Assembly (NCBI GenBank): GCA_046758965.1 | Contig: JBHIBG010000013.1 | Span: forward strand, 1 to 47,832 | Direction: 5' to 3' | Origin: Candidatus Methylomirabilia bacterium | GTDB taxonomy: Bacteria; Methylomirabilota; Methylomirabilia; Rokubacteriales; CSP1-6 | DNA length: 47,832 nt | Part shown: one piece after another, positions 47,793-47,832 of the stretch | Layout of the letters: the number at the start of each line of letters is the position of its first letter | How positions within the stretch are numbered: position 1 is the first letter of the stretch | The notes under the pieces: generated by a model | Databases searched by the model: none | Seen by the model: the letters and a program-made list of their open reading frames with translations, nothing else | What the model was told of the DNA's origin: nothing | Position numbers and translations under genes: made by a program

Positions 47793-47832
47793 CTAGTCCT
47801 CTACCTCGGCGGTTTCCGCCGCCTTCTTCTCG
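47793..47832 (-). CDS. 3' end of an upstream CDS (partial, ...EKKAAETAEVED*)
   Basis: Open frame from the window edge to TAG at 47793-47795; identity cannot be determined. Confidence 0.4.
   Translation of the reverse strand, partial: EKKAAETAEVED

Overview
GC-rich bacterial chromosomal window; gene style suggests Methylomirabilota/Rokubacteria or a relative (inference only). Almost all genes are on the minus strand, many coupled by ATGA/GTGA overlaps. Right to left: a hypothetical gene, proS, rimP-nusA-ylxR-infB-DUF503-rbfA-nrnA-truB-ribF, rpsO-pnp-M16 peptidase, and a purine cluster (purB,S,Q,L,F, a collapsed purM remnant, purN, a 2OG-Fe(II) oxygenase, purH, an HTH-TPR gene, purD, purE). 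That cluster runs into tsaC-mobA-membrane protein-TlpA/pentaheme cytochrome c fusion, followed by an unannotated 43-aa basic ORF resembling alternative ribosome-rescue peptides. Next come a more AT-rich plus-strand gene, thiI, glyA-nrdR-B12 radical SAM (with an extra DUF2229-like domain), and a divergent Zn-finger + PyrE-like pair. The left end holds tsaB-CDF-rimI-meaB and an acyl-CoA cluster (FadF-like Fe-S membrane protein, DUF1232, cyclase, fused CoA-transferase, HMGS-like/DUF35 fusion). No rRNA, tRNA, CRISPR array or transposase was seen. All calls are by eye, without database searches.
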